Translations under genes and position numbers: made by a program
Part shown: positions 1 through 11,464 of the stretch, one piece after another
Layout: every line of letters starts with the position of its first letter
Numbering within the stretch: position 1 is the stretch's first letter
NCBI GenBank assembly: GCA_036172245.1
Contig: JAYWIR010000043.1
Span: forward strand, 186,001-250,000
Direction of reading: 5' to 3'
Length of the DNA stretch: 64,000 bases
DNA from: Raillietiella orientalis
Lineage: Eukaryota
Notes under the pieces: generated by a model
What the model saw: the letters and a program-made list of their open reading frames with translations, nothing else
Told to the model about the DNA's origin: nothing
Database searches by the model: none

Positions 1-297
1 AGTTACGGAAACCTTGGGATTTTCGCTGCGTTCTCTGGGGGCGTTGCTTTCGCTACGCCTTTAAAAGGCGGCAACGGAGTCACCTTCTTGACAGTCGGGA
101 GATCGCTCCGCTCATGCAGAGTCCGTGAACTTGCTCCGCGGCTCGAAGTATTGTGCGCTTGACAACTTAATCAGTTCATTGTGCTCGTGTGTGCCCGGAA
201 AGGGGAAGTTTTCCAGAAGAAACAAAAAAAAAGAAGCGGCGAGGAGATCGCGGCAAAAGACCTGCAGTGGTCCCGTGCAGCAAGACCAACTGCCAGA

Positions 298-2031
298 ATG
301 CAGGCACCTAGAAGAGGAGTGGAGAGACCGTCGTCTTCCATGGAAGCCTTGGAGGTAACGTGCCGCAACGGCGAGGCGGTGGCAGGCATGCCGAGGATCG
401 CGCCCGCGGCGGGCTTTGCTGCGCCGGCAGAGGCGACGCCGAGGATCGTGCCCGCGGCGGGGAAGGTCGCGCCTGCGGCGGCGATGCTGAGGGTGCCGCC
501 CGCGGCGGTAACGGCGGCAACGTCGAGGATTGCGCCCGCGGCGGTGGCGTCCCAGGCGGGACCCGCGGGCGTCCACGCGGTGCAGGGAGCGACGCCGTCT
601 TGTTTGGCTGCGGCGTCGCAGCCCTTTTGATATGCGTAGGTGGCGGCTGGACAGGCGAGTGTCCACCCACCTCGGAAATTCGGTAAGCCGCTTAGCGGAA
701 AAGTACTAAAAGTGGACGGTCCAATAGTCGAAATAGGCCTCAACGTGAAGCCCATTATCTTCAAGACGGGGCTAATAAAATTTAATAACATCAGGGAGGT
801 CTATTTGTCCCTCGACAAGACGGACATAGACTTTGATCGCATTCAGGCGATCATTCCATCAAACAACGGGTTCACAGTCTTTACAGACTGTGAAAACATT
901 AGAGAGCGATTGATCCAGAATGGGATCAATATACAAGGACGGATGGTTTGTGGTATTGGCGAGATGCCATACACAACCGTCTTTTTAAACGGCATCTCCA
1001 TCCTCACACCGCAACTAGCGGTGTGGAATTACTTGGAGCAGTTTGGGGAAGTTCTGGACCTTGATTTCCAGAACTTCTCTGGAAACATATTTTCTGGCGA
1101 CATGATCGCCAAGATGAAGTTGAGGGAGAGAGCGGTGATCCCTGGATTGGCCGTTATTGACGAACAATCCCAGGGAGTGAATGTGCGTTACCGGCAACAA
1201 CCGGTATTCTGCACCGGGTGCAAGCAGTTCGGCCACAGGGCCGGGGCTTGCCCAACGTGTCGTTGTTTCCGCTGCGGCAAAGTAGGACATCAAGTCCGAA
1301 ACTGCCCGCAGCCGGAGGTGTGCTCCTTCTGCAAGAAACACGGACATGCGAAATGGAGCTGTCCGGAGTTTAAAAACTGCAGAAGGATTCGAGGTCTCTC
1401 TCCCGTGAGAGAGAGAAACATCAAGGAGGCCGAGCAGCCTCAGAAGGCAGGAAGGCAGAAAAAAGTGAAAGAAGCCGTCCCATTGTCGGCGGACGGCTTC
1501 ATAGACGTGGGAAAGAAGGGAAAGAGGAGGATGCTCGTCAAGGAGCAAGGAACTCCTCAAATCCTGGAAGCAGCAGAGCAGGAAGGCGAGAAGATGGAGG
1601 TAGCGCAGGAAGGCGCGAAGGAAGAGAGACAGGAAGCCACTAAAGTGTCGCAGGAAGCTCTGCAGACTACGGAGGAGTTGGCAACACTGGCGGAGGAGAT
1701 CATGGAGGTGCAAAGCGGTCCTCAGCAAGAGAAAATCTTGCAGAAGATCTGCACTGCACAAGAGAACATCAACCAGGTGGTGGAGGTCGCTGAACGCGAG
1801 AAGTTAGAGGAACAGCTTCTCGACGTGAAGGCGAACTTCTGCGCCAAAGTCGAAATAGAGGCGCTATCTCGAAAATTGATCGCGCAGGCGGAACACTCTA
1901 CGGAGGAGGCGGAAATTACCGACCTCACAGGTACGGAGAGTGACGCCGGCAGCGAAAAACCCGCTGCTTCTTCATTGTCTGGAAGAGCACGCTCTCTCAG
2001 ACAGAAGAAGCTCAGGAAGGCCAAAAAATAG
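298..2031 (+). pseudogene. ORF1 (gag-like nucleic-acid-binding protein) of family A copy 1
   Basis: ORFs 181-630 and 640-2031 are in one frame, split by TGA 628-630 and TAG 637-639 (Ser codons in copies 2/3). Knuckles CTGCKQFGHRAGAC, CFRCGKVGHQVRNC and CSFCKKHGHAKWSC at ~1210-1362. Start could be ATG 298 or 340. Confidence 0.88.
385..570 (+). repeat. GC-rich degenerate coding repeat in the ORF1 N-terminus (PRI(A/V)PAA-like units)
   Basis: Recurring gccgaggatcg(c/t)gcccgcggcgg at ~390, ~438, ~485 and ~523. Equivalent tracts at ~5970-6140 and ~11555-11780. Confidence 0.75.
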
Positions 2032-2044
2032 GTCTTCCCCTTTT

Positions 2045-5000
2045 ATGGCCTCTTCCCTATCGATCGCCAGGAGGATAAACATCGCCTCCTGGAACGTAAA
2101 CGGTGTGGTCGACCAGGGAAAAAGAAGAAGGATTGTGCGGACCATCGCACAACAAGACATCGTGTGCCTGCAGGAGACCCACAGGATGGGTCTCGAGATA
2201 AGCCAGCGAATAGAACGGCGATTCAATGGGCAGATGTTCGTCAACGAAGGAGAACGGAACACGAAGGGTGTGGCGGTGCTAATAAAGAACCACTTAGCCC
2301 CCACTATTCTGGATGTGTTCTGTCCCCAACCCGGACGAATCATCGGCGTGCGACTGGCCTGGTCCGCGACTGTTCACCTTATCCTGGTGAACGTGTACGG
2401 GCCGCACAGGCTAAAACATCGTTGTGCGGAGGCGCCGCATGCAACACTCCGGCAAAAGGTCGCCCCTAAGGACGTCGTGATAGTTGCTGGCGATCTCAAC
2501 ATCTTGGATGAGATCATTCATTCGGAAGACGCCAGAGGAAGGACGGCGTATCGACGGCTATCCGAGGAGTTCGGACTGGTCTGGCGAACAGCAAGCCACA
2601 AGCCAATCGATCACGTCCTGCACAGCACCGAACTTGGGAACCGCATCCAGGGGTTTCGCGACACTATGACTACGGTGTCCGATCACCCCCTGGTGCGGTT
2701 TTCCCTAAGAACGGAGAATCCTCGTCGGAGGCAAGGCACCAGGGCGGCGCTCATCAGCATGCCCGCCTGGTTCGAAACCCATCCTGGACATCAGGCTGTC
2801 CTGGAGGCGATTCTGAGGGCAACAACAATCCGAAGAGTTGCCGACTGGGACAGCCTGAAACACAGGATACACCTGTTTGCGAACATGCAGTTCGGGGATA
2901 GGCGCTTGAGGCAAGAGGCGTACCGGGAGCTGAACATCCAAGATCGCTCCCTCTCAAAGTACTTCGATCAGTACGAGAGTCGGTACGTCTTCAATAACAT
3001 AAAAGGGGAAGTCGGCGTGCTGGAGAAGAGAAATCTGGCAACAGATATCTTCTGCATCCAGTACGACGGCCAAAAGCGACAGTCGTCTGAGGACATCGTG
3101 GATGCCTTTCACAGGCATTACACGAAACACTTTAGGCAACAACATCTCTGTCGCTCTAGTCAACAGGCCTTTCTGAGCTACCTCGAGAAGAGGACCGACG
3201 ATCTCCAGCGGAACAGACTGGAGGAGGAATTCTCCGAAGACGAGGTGGAGACTGCGTTTGGTCAACTACGCAAGGACGTGGCAGCGGGCCTTGAAAGCGT
3301 ACCCATCTCTCACTATCAGCGGTACCTGCATGCCTGCTTGCGTTTGTTCTTCCAGTTAACCCTCTGCATCCGCGAAGAAGGAAGATTTTCACAGTCCTTC
3401 TACGAGAGTCGGATAAGATTGTTGCCAAAAGGAGGCGACCTCACGCAGGTTGCTCAATGGAGGCCAATGTCGATCCTGAACTCCGAAGCCAAGTGTTTGG
3501 CGAAGATGTGGTCCAACCGCTTATTCTAGGTCATGTCGAGGCTCATCTCTCCGGTGCAAACATGTGCAGTCCCTGGACGTCACATGTCGAACAATGTCAA
3601 GTGTGCTTAGGCTACCGTGGAACTCAGCCGATACGTCGGCGAGAACCAGGCGCTGGTGTTCACTGACATGGAGAAGGCTCTCGACTCTATCGATCATGGG
3701 ATGCTGCTTAAGGTTCCGGAGAAGCTAGGCCTTCCGGAACTCTTCAGCAACTTTGTGAGGGTGGTACTCCAAAACCAGTACTGCCGAATCAAAATCAACG
3801 GCCAGGAGACGGCAGCAATCCCGATGGAACCAAGAGTCCGGCAGGGCGATTCGCTAAGTCCGATGCTGTTCGTCATCTACATGGAGGCGTTGTCGTCCGT
3901 TATCGAGAAGAGCGGACGACTGCAAGGCATAACAATCGATGGCCAGCGTCTTACCCATCTGGCATACGCTGATGATCTTCTCTTCTCTATCAAGGGAGAG
4001 AGAAATCAACGAGCGTTTCTGGATGTGGTAGACCTGATGGATCAAGACCTGGGTCTAAAGATCAACGCCCAGAAAAGCCAGCTCTTTCCCGTTGGAATTC
4101 TCGATGTCTCCGCTCTAGCGGGGACAGGATTCCGAACGGTGGACAAGGCCAAGTACCTGGGTGTCTACATTGGCGACGTCTCTGCGTCGAAGCTATTGTG
4201 GACCGAGATCCTAGGGAAAGCGGCCAAGGAAGCAGCCAACTACACCCGAACGGACCTTGGAATGAAGCGAAAGGCCAACATATGGAACAAAGTACTCCTT
4301 CCAAAAGTGCTCTTTAAGGCGGCCTCAGCGAGGATGAACAAGGACACCAATAGGGAGTTCGACAAGCTGCAGAGAAAAAAACTGTGGGGCCACTATCGCC
4401 CAAGAGTCCGACTAAAACACCTGTGTCGTTCCAGGGAAGAAGGCGGTTCCGGGATGAAGTCGCTTGGACACTCTATAGAAATCATGGATACGCGACACAT
4501 CCTGGACATTGCCTCTCACTGGGGTGATTGGCCGTATGCGGCACACAGCGCCTTGGCGTTGTTGTTGAACAACTCGAAAGGCCTGATGACTGCGATGCAA
4601 GGCCGAACAGGCGAATGGAAAAAAATCGACCAAACCTGGACGACGAAGAACGGCTGGTGCGAAAGCACAAAACTAAGATCGTGCCGAGAAGTAGGGAACT
4701 CTGGCGTGACGAGTCCATCCTGGTGATCCCTTGGATGCTTCCTGTCCCGCCGGACACGAGAAGCTGGATTTACCAGCGGTCCAGGGTTACCCTTCAACGA
4801 ATCCAAGAGTGGAAACGAGGAGGGTACCTACATCGCACTCGTATACTTAGGTATATAGAGATGATGTTAGGAAGGTTTACCCACATGACTCGCGAAGTGT
4901 GGTTCAACCAGAACGACTTTGCGTGGTCCAGGGTAACCAAAACAAACGTTCGCAGACTAATTTAAGAAGAAGAGCGTGATATCAGTGCCCTCCTGGAAGC

Positions 5001-5562
5001 CGCCGATCGCCATGGGAGTGAACGGATCAACGTGTTAGCGATTGGCACGACACTCTGGAGGAGTGACCTTCAGCCGGGCACCCAGGATGACCTCCTGATG
5101 TTTTATCATGGAGGAATCCAGAGTGGGTTCCGATTGCAGCACTACACCGGAAGAAGGGAAGATCGAGACAGCACAGCATGTGGAGACATCGACACGAGAC
5201 TTCACGTCTTGACGTGTCCCACATTGCTGCATGACTGGCTGATCCTGAAAAGGATCATCGGACTTACGAACAGATCCGTAATGTAGATCCTCGCCGGGAT
5301 GTTTCAGGGGAATGGTAATGTTCCCTGTTACAATCCCATGGTGGGGACGACCATCGCCCTCTTCATCACCGCCATACTTGTGCGGTGGTGGAAAATGAGG
5401 AAAGCCAGGAGAGCCGCACCACCGATGGAGATCCTACAAGGGCTCTTGAAGAGGGAAATTGGCATCAGGAACTGCGGGAAGATCCACGCCTGGACGTACC
5501 GATTCATCCTGAAGAGAATCCAGGACGACGCCCGGGACCATCCGGCTAAAATTTACCCCTGA
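2045..5562 (+). pseudogene. ORF2 (APE endonuclease + reverse transcriptase) of family A copy 1
   Basis: APE motifs SWNVNG, CLQETH, NVYGP, AGDLN, IDH, SDH. RT motifs WRPMSILN, DMEKALD, RQGDSLSP, YADD, KYLGV. Disrupted by TAG 3527, TAG 3608, a 1-nt deletion near 4645, TAA 4963 and TAG 5284. Confidence 0.92.
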
Positions 5563-5881
5563 AAAGCAGAACTCTAGGGCAACCCAAGGACCCCCAAGTG
5601 CAAAATGTTTGTATTGAGTGAATGAGAGTGCGAATGTAAATTTTGTATTCTTATAGAAAAATAAACTTACCCCACCCCTTGTGGGACTTGGGGAAACCTG
5701 CCGAGTCGGCGAACTTGCTCGGCGGCTCAAAGTATTGTGCTCTTGACAAAGGAATTCGTTAATTGTGCTCGTGTGTGCCCGAAGAGGGGAAGTTTTCCAG
5801 ACGAAACTAAAAAAAAGAAGCGGCGAAGAGATCGCGGAAAAAGACCTGCAGTGGTCCCGTGCAGCAAGACCAGCTGCCAGG

Positions 5882-7616
5882 ATGCAGGCACCTAGAAGAG
5901 GAGTGGAGAGACCGTCGTCCCCCATGGAAGCCATGGAGGTAACGTGCGGCAACGGCGAGGCGGTGGCAGGCATGCCGAGGATCGCGCCCGCGGAGGGCTT
6001 TGCTGCGCCGGAGGCGGCGACTCCAAGGATCGTGCCCGCGGCGGGGAAGGTCGCGCCTGCGGCGGCGATGCCGAGGGTGCCGCCCGCGGCGGCAACGGTG
6101 GCGACGTCGAGGGTTGCGCTCGGAGCGGCGGCGTCCCAGGCAGGACCCACGGGCGTCCACGCGGTTCAGGGCGAGACGACATCTTGTTCGGCTGCGGCGA
6201 CGCAGCCCTTTTCCTATGCGTCGGTGGCGGCTCGACAAGTGAGTGTCCACCCACCAAGAAAATTCGGGAAGCCGCTATGCGGTAAAGTCCAAAAGGTGCA
6301 TCGACCAATCGTGGAGTTAGGGCCGAATGTGAAGCCCATCATTTTCAAGACTGGGCTGATCAAGTTCAATAAAATCAGGGAGGTGTATCTGTCCCTCGAT
6401 AAAACGGACATGAATTTTGATCGCATACAGGCGATCATACCAGCAAACAACGGGTTCACAGTCTTCACAGACTGTGAAGAGATTAGAGAGCGATTGATCC
6501 AGAACGGAATTCAATATAGAAGGGAGGATGGTTTGTGGTGTTGGCGAGATGCCATACACAACCGTCTTTCTGAACGGCATCTCCATCCTCACACCGCAAC
6601 TAACAGTGTGGAACATTTTGGAGCAGTATGGGGAAGTTCTGGACCTCGAATTCCAGAACTTCTCTGGAAAAATATTTTCTGGCGACATGATCGCCAAAAT
6701 GAAGTTGAAAGAGGGAGCTGTGATCCCTGGATTAGCCGTTCTTGACGAACAATCCCAGGGAGTGAACGTGCGTTACCGGCAACAGCCGATATTCTGCACC
6801 GGGTGCAAGCAGTTCGGCCACAGGGCCGGCGCTTGCCCAACGTGTCGTTGTTTCCGCTGCGGCAAAGTAGGACATCAAGTCCGAAACTGCCCGCAGCCGG
6901 AGGTGTGCTCCTTCTGCAAGAAACACGGACATGCCAAATGGAGCTGTCCGGAGTTTTCAAACTGCAGAAGGATTCGAGGTCTCTCTCCCGTGAGAGAGAG
7001 AAACACCAAGGAGGCGGAACAGCCTCAGAAGGCTGGAAGGCCGAAGAAGGTGAAAGAAGCCGTCCCGGTATCGGAAGACGGATTCATACAGGTAGGGAAG
7101 AAAGGAAAGAGAAGGATGCTCGTCAAGGAGCAAGAAACCCCTCTTATCCTGGAAGGTGAAGAGCAAGAAAGCGAGAAGATGGAGGTAGCGGAGGAAGGCG
7201 CGGAAGAAGAAAGAGCCGAAGCCACTCCGGTGTCGCAGGAGGCCCTGAAATCTACGGAGGTGTTGGCATCACTGGCTAATGAAGTCCTAGAGGTGCAGAG
7301 CGGTCCCCAGCAAGAGAAAATCTTGCAGAAGATCTGCAATGCACAGGAGAAGGTCAACCAGGTTGTGGAAATCACCGAGCGCGAAAAGCTCGAGGAACAG
7401 CTTCTCGACGTAAAGGCGAACTTCTGCGCCAAGGTCCAGATAGAGACGCCATCTCGAAAACTGATCGAGCGGGCCGAACACTCGACGGAGGAGGCGGAAG
7501 TAACCGACCTCACCGGAACAGAGAGTGACGCCGTCAGCGAGAAGCCCGCTGCCTCTTCATTGTCTGGAAGAGCACGCTCTCTCAGACAGAAGAAGCACAG
7601 GAAGGCCAAGAAATAG
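5882..7616 (+). pseudogene. ORF1 of family A copy 2 (frameshifted)
   Basis: ORFs 5765-6745 and 6528-7616 are joined by a +1 insertion at ~6510 (ggaattcaat vs gggatcaat in copy 1). The three CCHC knuckles are intact. Confidence 0.88.
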
Positions 7617-7629
7617 GTCCTCCCCTTTT

Positions 7630-10600
7630 ATGGCCTCTTCCCTATCGACCGCCAGGAGGCTGAACATCGCCTCCTGGAATGTAAACGGTATGGTCGACCA
7701 GGGAAAAAGAAGAAGGATTGTGCGGACCATCGCACAACAAGACATAGTGTGCCTGCAGGAGACCCACAAGATGGGTCTCGAGATTAGTCAGCAAATGGAA
7801 CGGCGATTCAACGGGCAGATGTTCGTCAGAGAGGGAGAACGAAACACGCAGGGAGTGGCGGTCCTAATCAAGAACAACTTGGCCCCCACTATTCTGGAAG
7901 TGTTCTGTCCCCAACCCGGACGAATCATCGGCGTGCGACTCGCCTGGTCCGCTACTGTTCACCTCATCCTGGTGAACGTGTACGGACCGCACAGGCTAAA
8001 ACATCGTTGTGCGGAGGCGCTGCATGCAGCACTCCGTGAAAAGGTTGCTTCCAAGTACGTCGTGATTGTTGCTGGCGATCTCAACATATTGGATGAGATC
8101 ACTCACTCCGAAGACGCCAGAGGAAGGACGGCGTATCAGCGGTTATCCGACGAGTTCGGACTGGTGTGGCGAACTGCAAGTCACAAGCCGATCGATCACG
8201 TCCTGCACAGCACCGAACTTGGGAATCGCATCCAGGGTTTTCGAGACATTATGACCACGGTGTCCGATCACCCCCTGGTGCGGTTTTCCCTAAGAACGGA
8301 AAATCCTCGGCGGAGGCAAGGCACCAGGGCGGCGCTCATCAGCATGCCCGCCTGGTTCGAAACCCATCCCGGACATCAGGCTGTCCTGGAGACGATTCTG
8401 AAGGAAACAACAATCCGAAGAGTCGCCGACTGGGACAGCCTGAAACACAGGATACACCTGTTTGCGAACATGCAGTTCGGGGATAGGCGCTTGAGGCAAG
8501 AGGCGTACCGGGAGCTGAACATCCAAGATCGCTCCCTCTCAAAGTACTTCGATCAGTCCGAGAGTCGGTACGTCCTCAATAACATAAAAGGGGAAGTCGG
8601 CGTGCTGGAGAAGAGAAATCTGGCAACAGATATCTTCTGCATCCAGTACGACGGCCAACAGCGACAGTCGTCTGAGGACATCGTGGATGCCTTTCACAGG
8701 CATTACACGAAACACTTCAGGCGACAACAGCTGTGTCGCTCTAGTCAACAGGCCTTCTTGAGCTATCTCGAGAAGAGGACCGACGACCTCCAGCGGAACA
8801 GACTCGAGGAGGAGTTCTCCGAAGAAGAGGTGAAGACTGCGTTTGGGCAACTTCGCAAGGACGTGGCAGCGGGCCCTGACAGTGTACCCATCACGCACTA
8901 TCAGCGGTACCTGCACGCCTACCTGCGCTTGTTCCAACAGTTGACCCTCTGCATCCGGGAAGAAGGCAGACTACCTCAGTCCTTCTACGAGAGTCGGATG
9001 AGATTGATGCCGAAAGGAGGCGACTCTACCCAGATCGCCCAATGGAGGCCAATCTCGATCCTGAACTCCGATGCCAAGTGGTTGGCGAAGATCTGGTCCA
9101 ACCGCTTAGGCAAGGTCATGTCGAGGCTGATCTCTCCGGTCCAGACCTGTGCAGTCCCAGGACGACACATGTCGGACAATGTCAAGTGTGCCCAGGCCAC
9201 TGTTGGACTCAGTCGATACGTCGGCGAGAACCTGGTGCTTGTGTTTACTGACATGGAGAAGGCCTTCGACTCCATCGACCACGGGATGCTGCTGTAGGTT
9301 CTGGAGAAGCTAGGGCTTCCGGAACACTTCAGCAACTTCGTGAGGGCGATACTCCAGAACCAGTACTTCCGGATCAAGATCAACGGCCAGGAGACGGCAG
9401 CAATCAGGATGGAACGAGGAGTCCGACAGGGCGACTCGCTAAGTCCGATGCTGTTCGTCATCTATATGGAGGCGTTGTCGTCCTTTATCGAGAAGAGCGG
9501 ACGACTAAGCGGGATTACCATCGATAGCCAGCGTCTTACCCATCTGGTATACGCCGATGATCTACTCTTCTTCATCAAGGGAGAGAAAAATCAGCGTGCG
9601 TTTCTGGATGTGGTGGACCTGATGGAACAGGGCTTGGGCTTAAAAATCAATTCCCAGAAGAGCCAGCTTTTGCCCGTCGGAATACTGGATCTCTCCACTC
9701 TAACGGGTAGTGGATTCCGTACGGTGGACACGGCCAAGTACCTGGGAGTCTACATCGGCGAAGGCTCTGCGTCGAAGCTGCTGTGGAACGGAATCCTGGG
9801 GAAAACGGCCAAGGAAGCAGCCAAGTACACCCGAACGGACCTTGGGATGAAGCGAAAGGCCAACATATGGAACGGAGTACTCCTTCCGAAAGTGCTCTTC
9901 GGGGCGGCCTTCGCGAGGATGAACAAGGACACTACTAGGGAGTTCGACAAGCTGCACAGAAAAACACTCTGGGGCCACTATCGCCCAAGAGTAAGACTGA
10001 AACCCCTGTGTCGTCCCAGGGAAGAAGGCGGTTCCGGGATGAAGTCGCTTGCACATTTCATGGAAATCATGGATACGCGACACATCCTGGACATGGCCAC
10101 TTACTGGGATGACTGGCCGTATGCGGCGCACAGGGCCTACGCGTTGTTGCTTAACAACTCGAAAGGCCTGATGACTGCGCTGCTAGGCCGAGCAGGCAAA
10201 TGGAACAAAATCGACCCAACCTGGACGAGGAAGCAACGGCTGGTGCGAAAGCACAAAATTAAGATCGTGCCGCGAAGCAGGGATCTCTGGCAGGACGAGT
10301 CCATCCTGGTGATCCCTTGGTTGCTTCCTGTCCCGACGGACACGAGAAGCTGGATCTACCAGCGGTCCAGAGTTACCCTACTGCAAATCCAGGAGTGGAG
10401 GCGAGGAGGCTACCTACATCAAACACGTATACTTCGGAATACAGAAATGATGTTAGGAAGGTTTACCCACAATACCCGCAAAGTGTGGTTCAACCACAAC
10501 GACTTCGCATGGTCGAGGGTAACCAGAACAAACCTCCGAAGGTTTATCCAAGAAAACGACCGTGACACCACTGCTCTCCAGGAAGCCACCGAACGCTACG

Positions 10601-11148
10601 GGAGTGAACGGTTCAACCTGTTAGCGATCGGCACGACGCTCTGGAGGAGTGACCTTCCGCCGGGCACCCAGGACGACCTCCTGATGTTTTATCACGGAGG
10701 AATCCAGAGTGGGTCCCGATTGCAGCACTTTACAGGAAGACGGGAAGACCGAGACTGCGCAGCATGTGGAGACGACGACACGAGACTTCACGTCTTGACG
10801 TGTCCCACACTCCTGCAGGACTGGCTGATCCTGAAAAGGATCATAGGACTTACCAACAAGTCCGTTATGGAGATCCTCGCCGGGATGTTTCATGGGGATG
10901 GTAATGTTCCCTGTTACAATCCCATGGTGAGGACGATCATAGCCCTCTTCATCACCGCCATACTTGTGCGGTGGTGGAAAATGAGGAAAGCCAGGAGAGC
11001 CGCACCACCGATGGAGATCCTACAAGGGCTCTTGAAGAGGGAAATCGGCATCAGGAACTGCGGGAAGATCCACGCCTGGACGTACCGATTCATCCTGAAG
11101 AGGATCCAGGACGACGCCCGAGACCATCCAGCTGGAATTCCCCCCTGA
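7630..11148 (+). pseudogene. ORF2 (APE-RT-CCHC, ~1172 codons) of family A copy 2, one premature stop
   Basis: ORFs 7525-9297 and 9340-11148 are in the same frame, separated by a single TAG at 9295-9297 (AAG in copy 1). Motifs DMEKAFDSIDH, GVRQGDSLSP, YADD, KYLGV and C-terminal CAACGDDDTRLHVLTC. Confidence 0.93.
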
Positions 11149-11464
11149 AAAGCAGAACTCTAGTGCAACCCAAGGACCCCCAAGTGCAAAATAATTGTAT
11201 TGAGTGAATGAGAGTGCGAATGTAAATTTTGTATTTTTATAGAAAAATAAACTTACCCCACCCCTTGTGGGACTTGGGGAAACCTGCCGAGTCGGCGAAC
11301 TTGCTTCGCGGCTCAAAGTATGGTGCGCTCGACAACTTAATCAGTTATTTGTGCTCGTGTGTGCCCGGAGAGGGGAAGTTTCCAGACGAAACTACAAAAG
11401 AAGCGCCAAGGAGAACACGGCGGAAGACCTCCATTGGACCCGTGGAGCAAGACCAGCTGCCAGG

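Larger units (their letters stand above)
113..5696 (+). mobile_element. Non-LTR retrotransposon family A (L1/Tx1-like), copy 1, apparently full length, defective
   Basis: Gag-like ORF1 with three CCHC knuckles, then an APE-RT ORF2, a ~130-nt 3' UTR and AATAAA at 5660-5665. Aligns with copies 2 and 3 from c.tgc.gagtc.g.gaacttgct (~113). Boundaries approximate. Confidence 0.92.
5697..11282 (+). mobile_element. Non-LTR retrotransposon family A, copy 2
   Basis: Direct repeat of copy 1 with a period of ~5584-5586 bp, the same two-ORF layout and the same 3' UTR (AATAAA 11246-11251). Confidence 0.93.

Noticed and set aside
112..791. Overlapping Arg-rich and antisense ORFs over the ORF1 start (also in copies 2 and 3)
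   Set aside because: Shadow ORFs of a very GC-rich repeat; their lengths and ends are not conserved among copies.
5660..5720. HDV-like ribozyme at the element junction (CCCTTGT loop, GGCGAA motif)
   Set aside because: No complementary P2 strands, a mismatched P3 and no suitable P1 could be built.
628..9297. Alternative genetic code (TAA/TAG read as Gln) explaining the in-frame stops
   Set aside because: The stops align to Ser, Lys, Glu and Gln codons in sister copies, and ORF1 ends in TAG in all three copies, so these are ordinary nonsense mutations.
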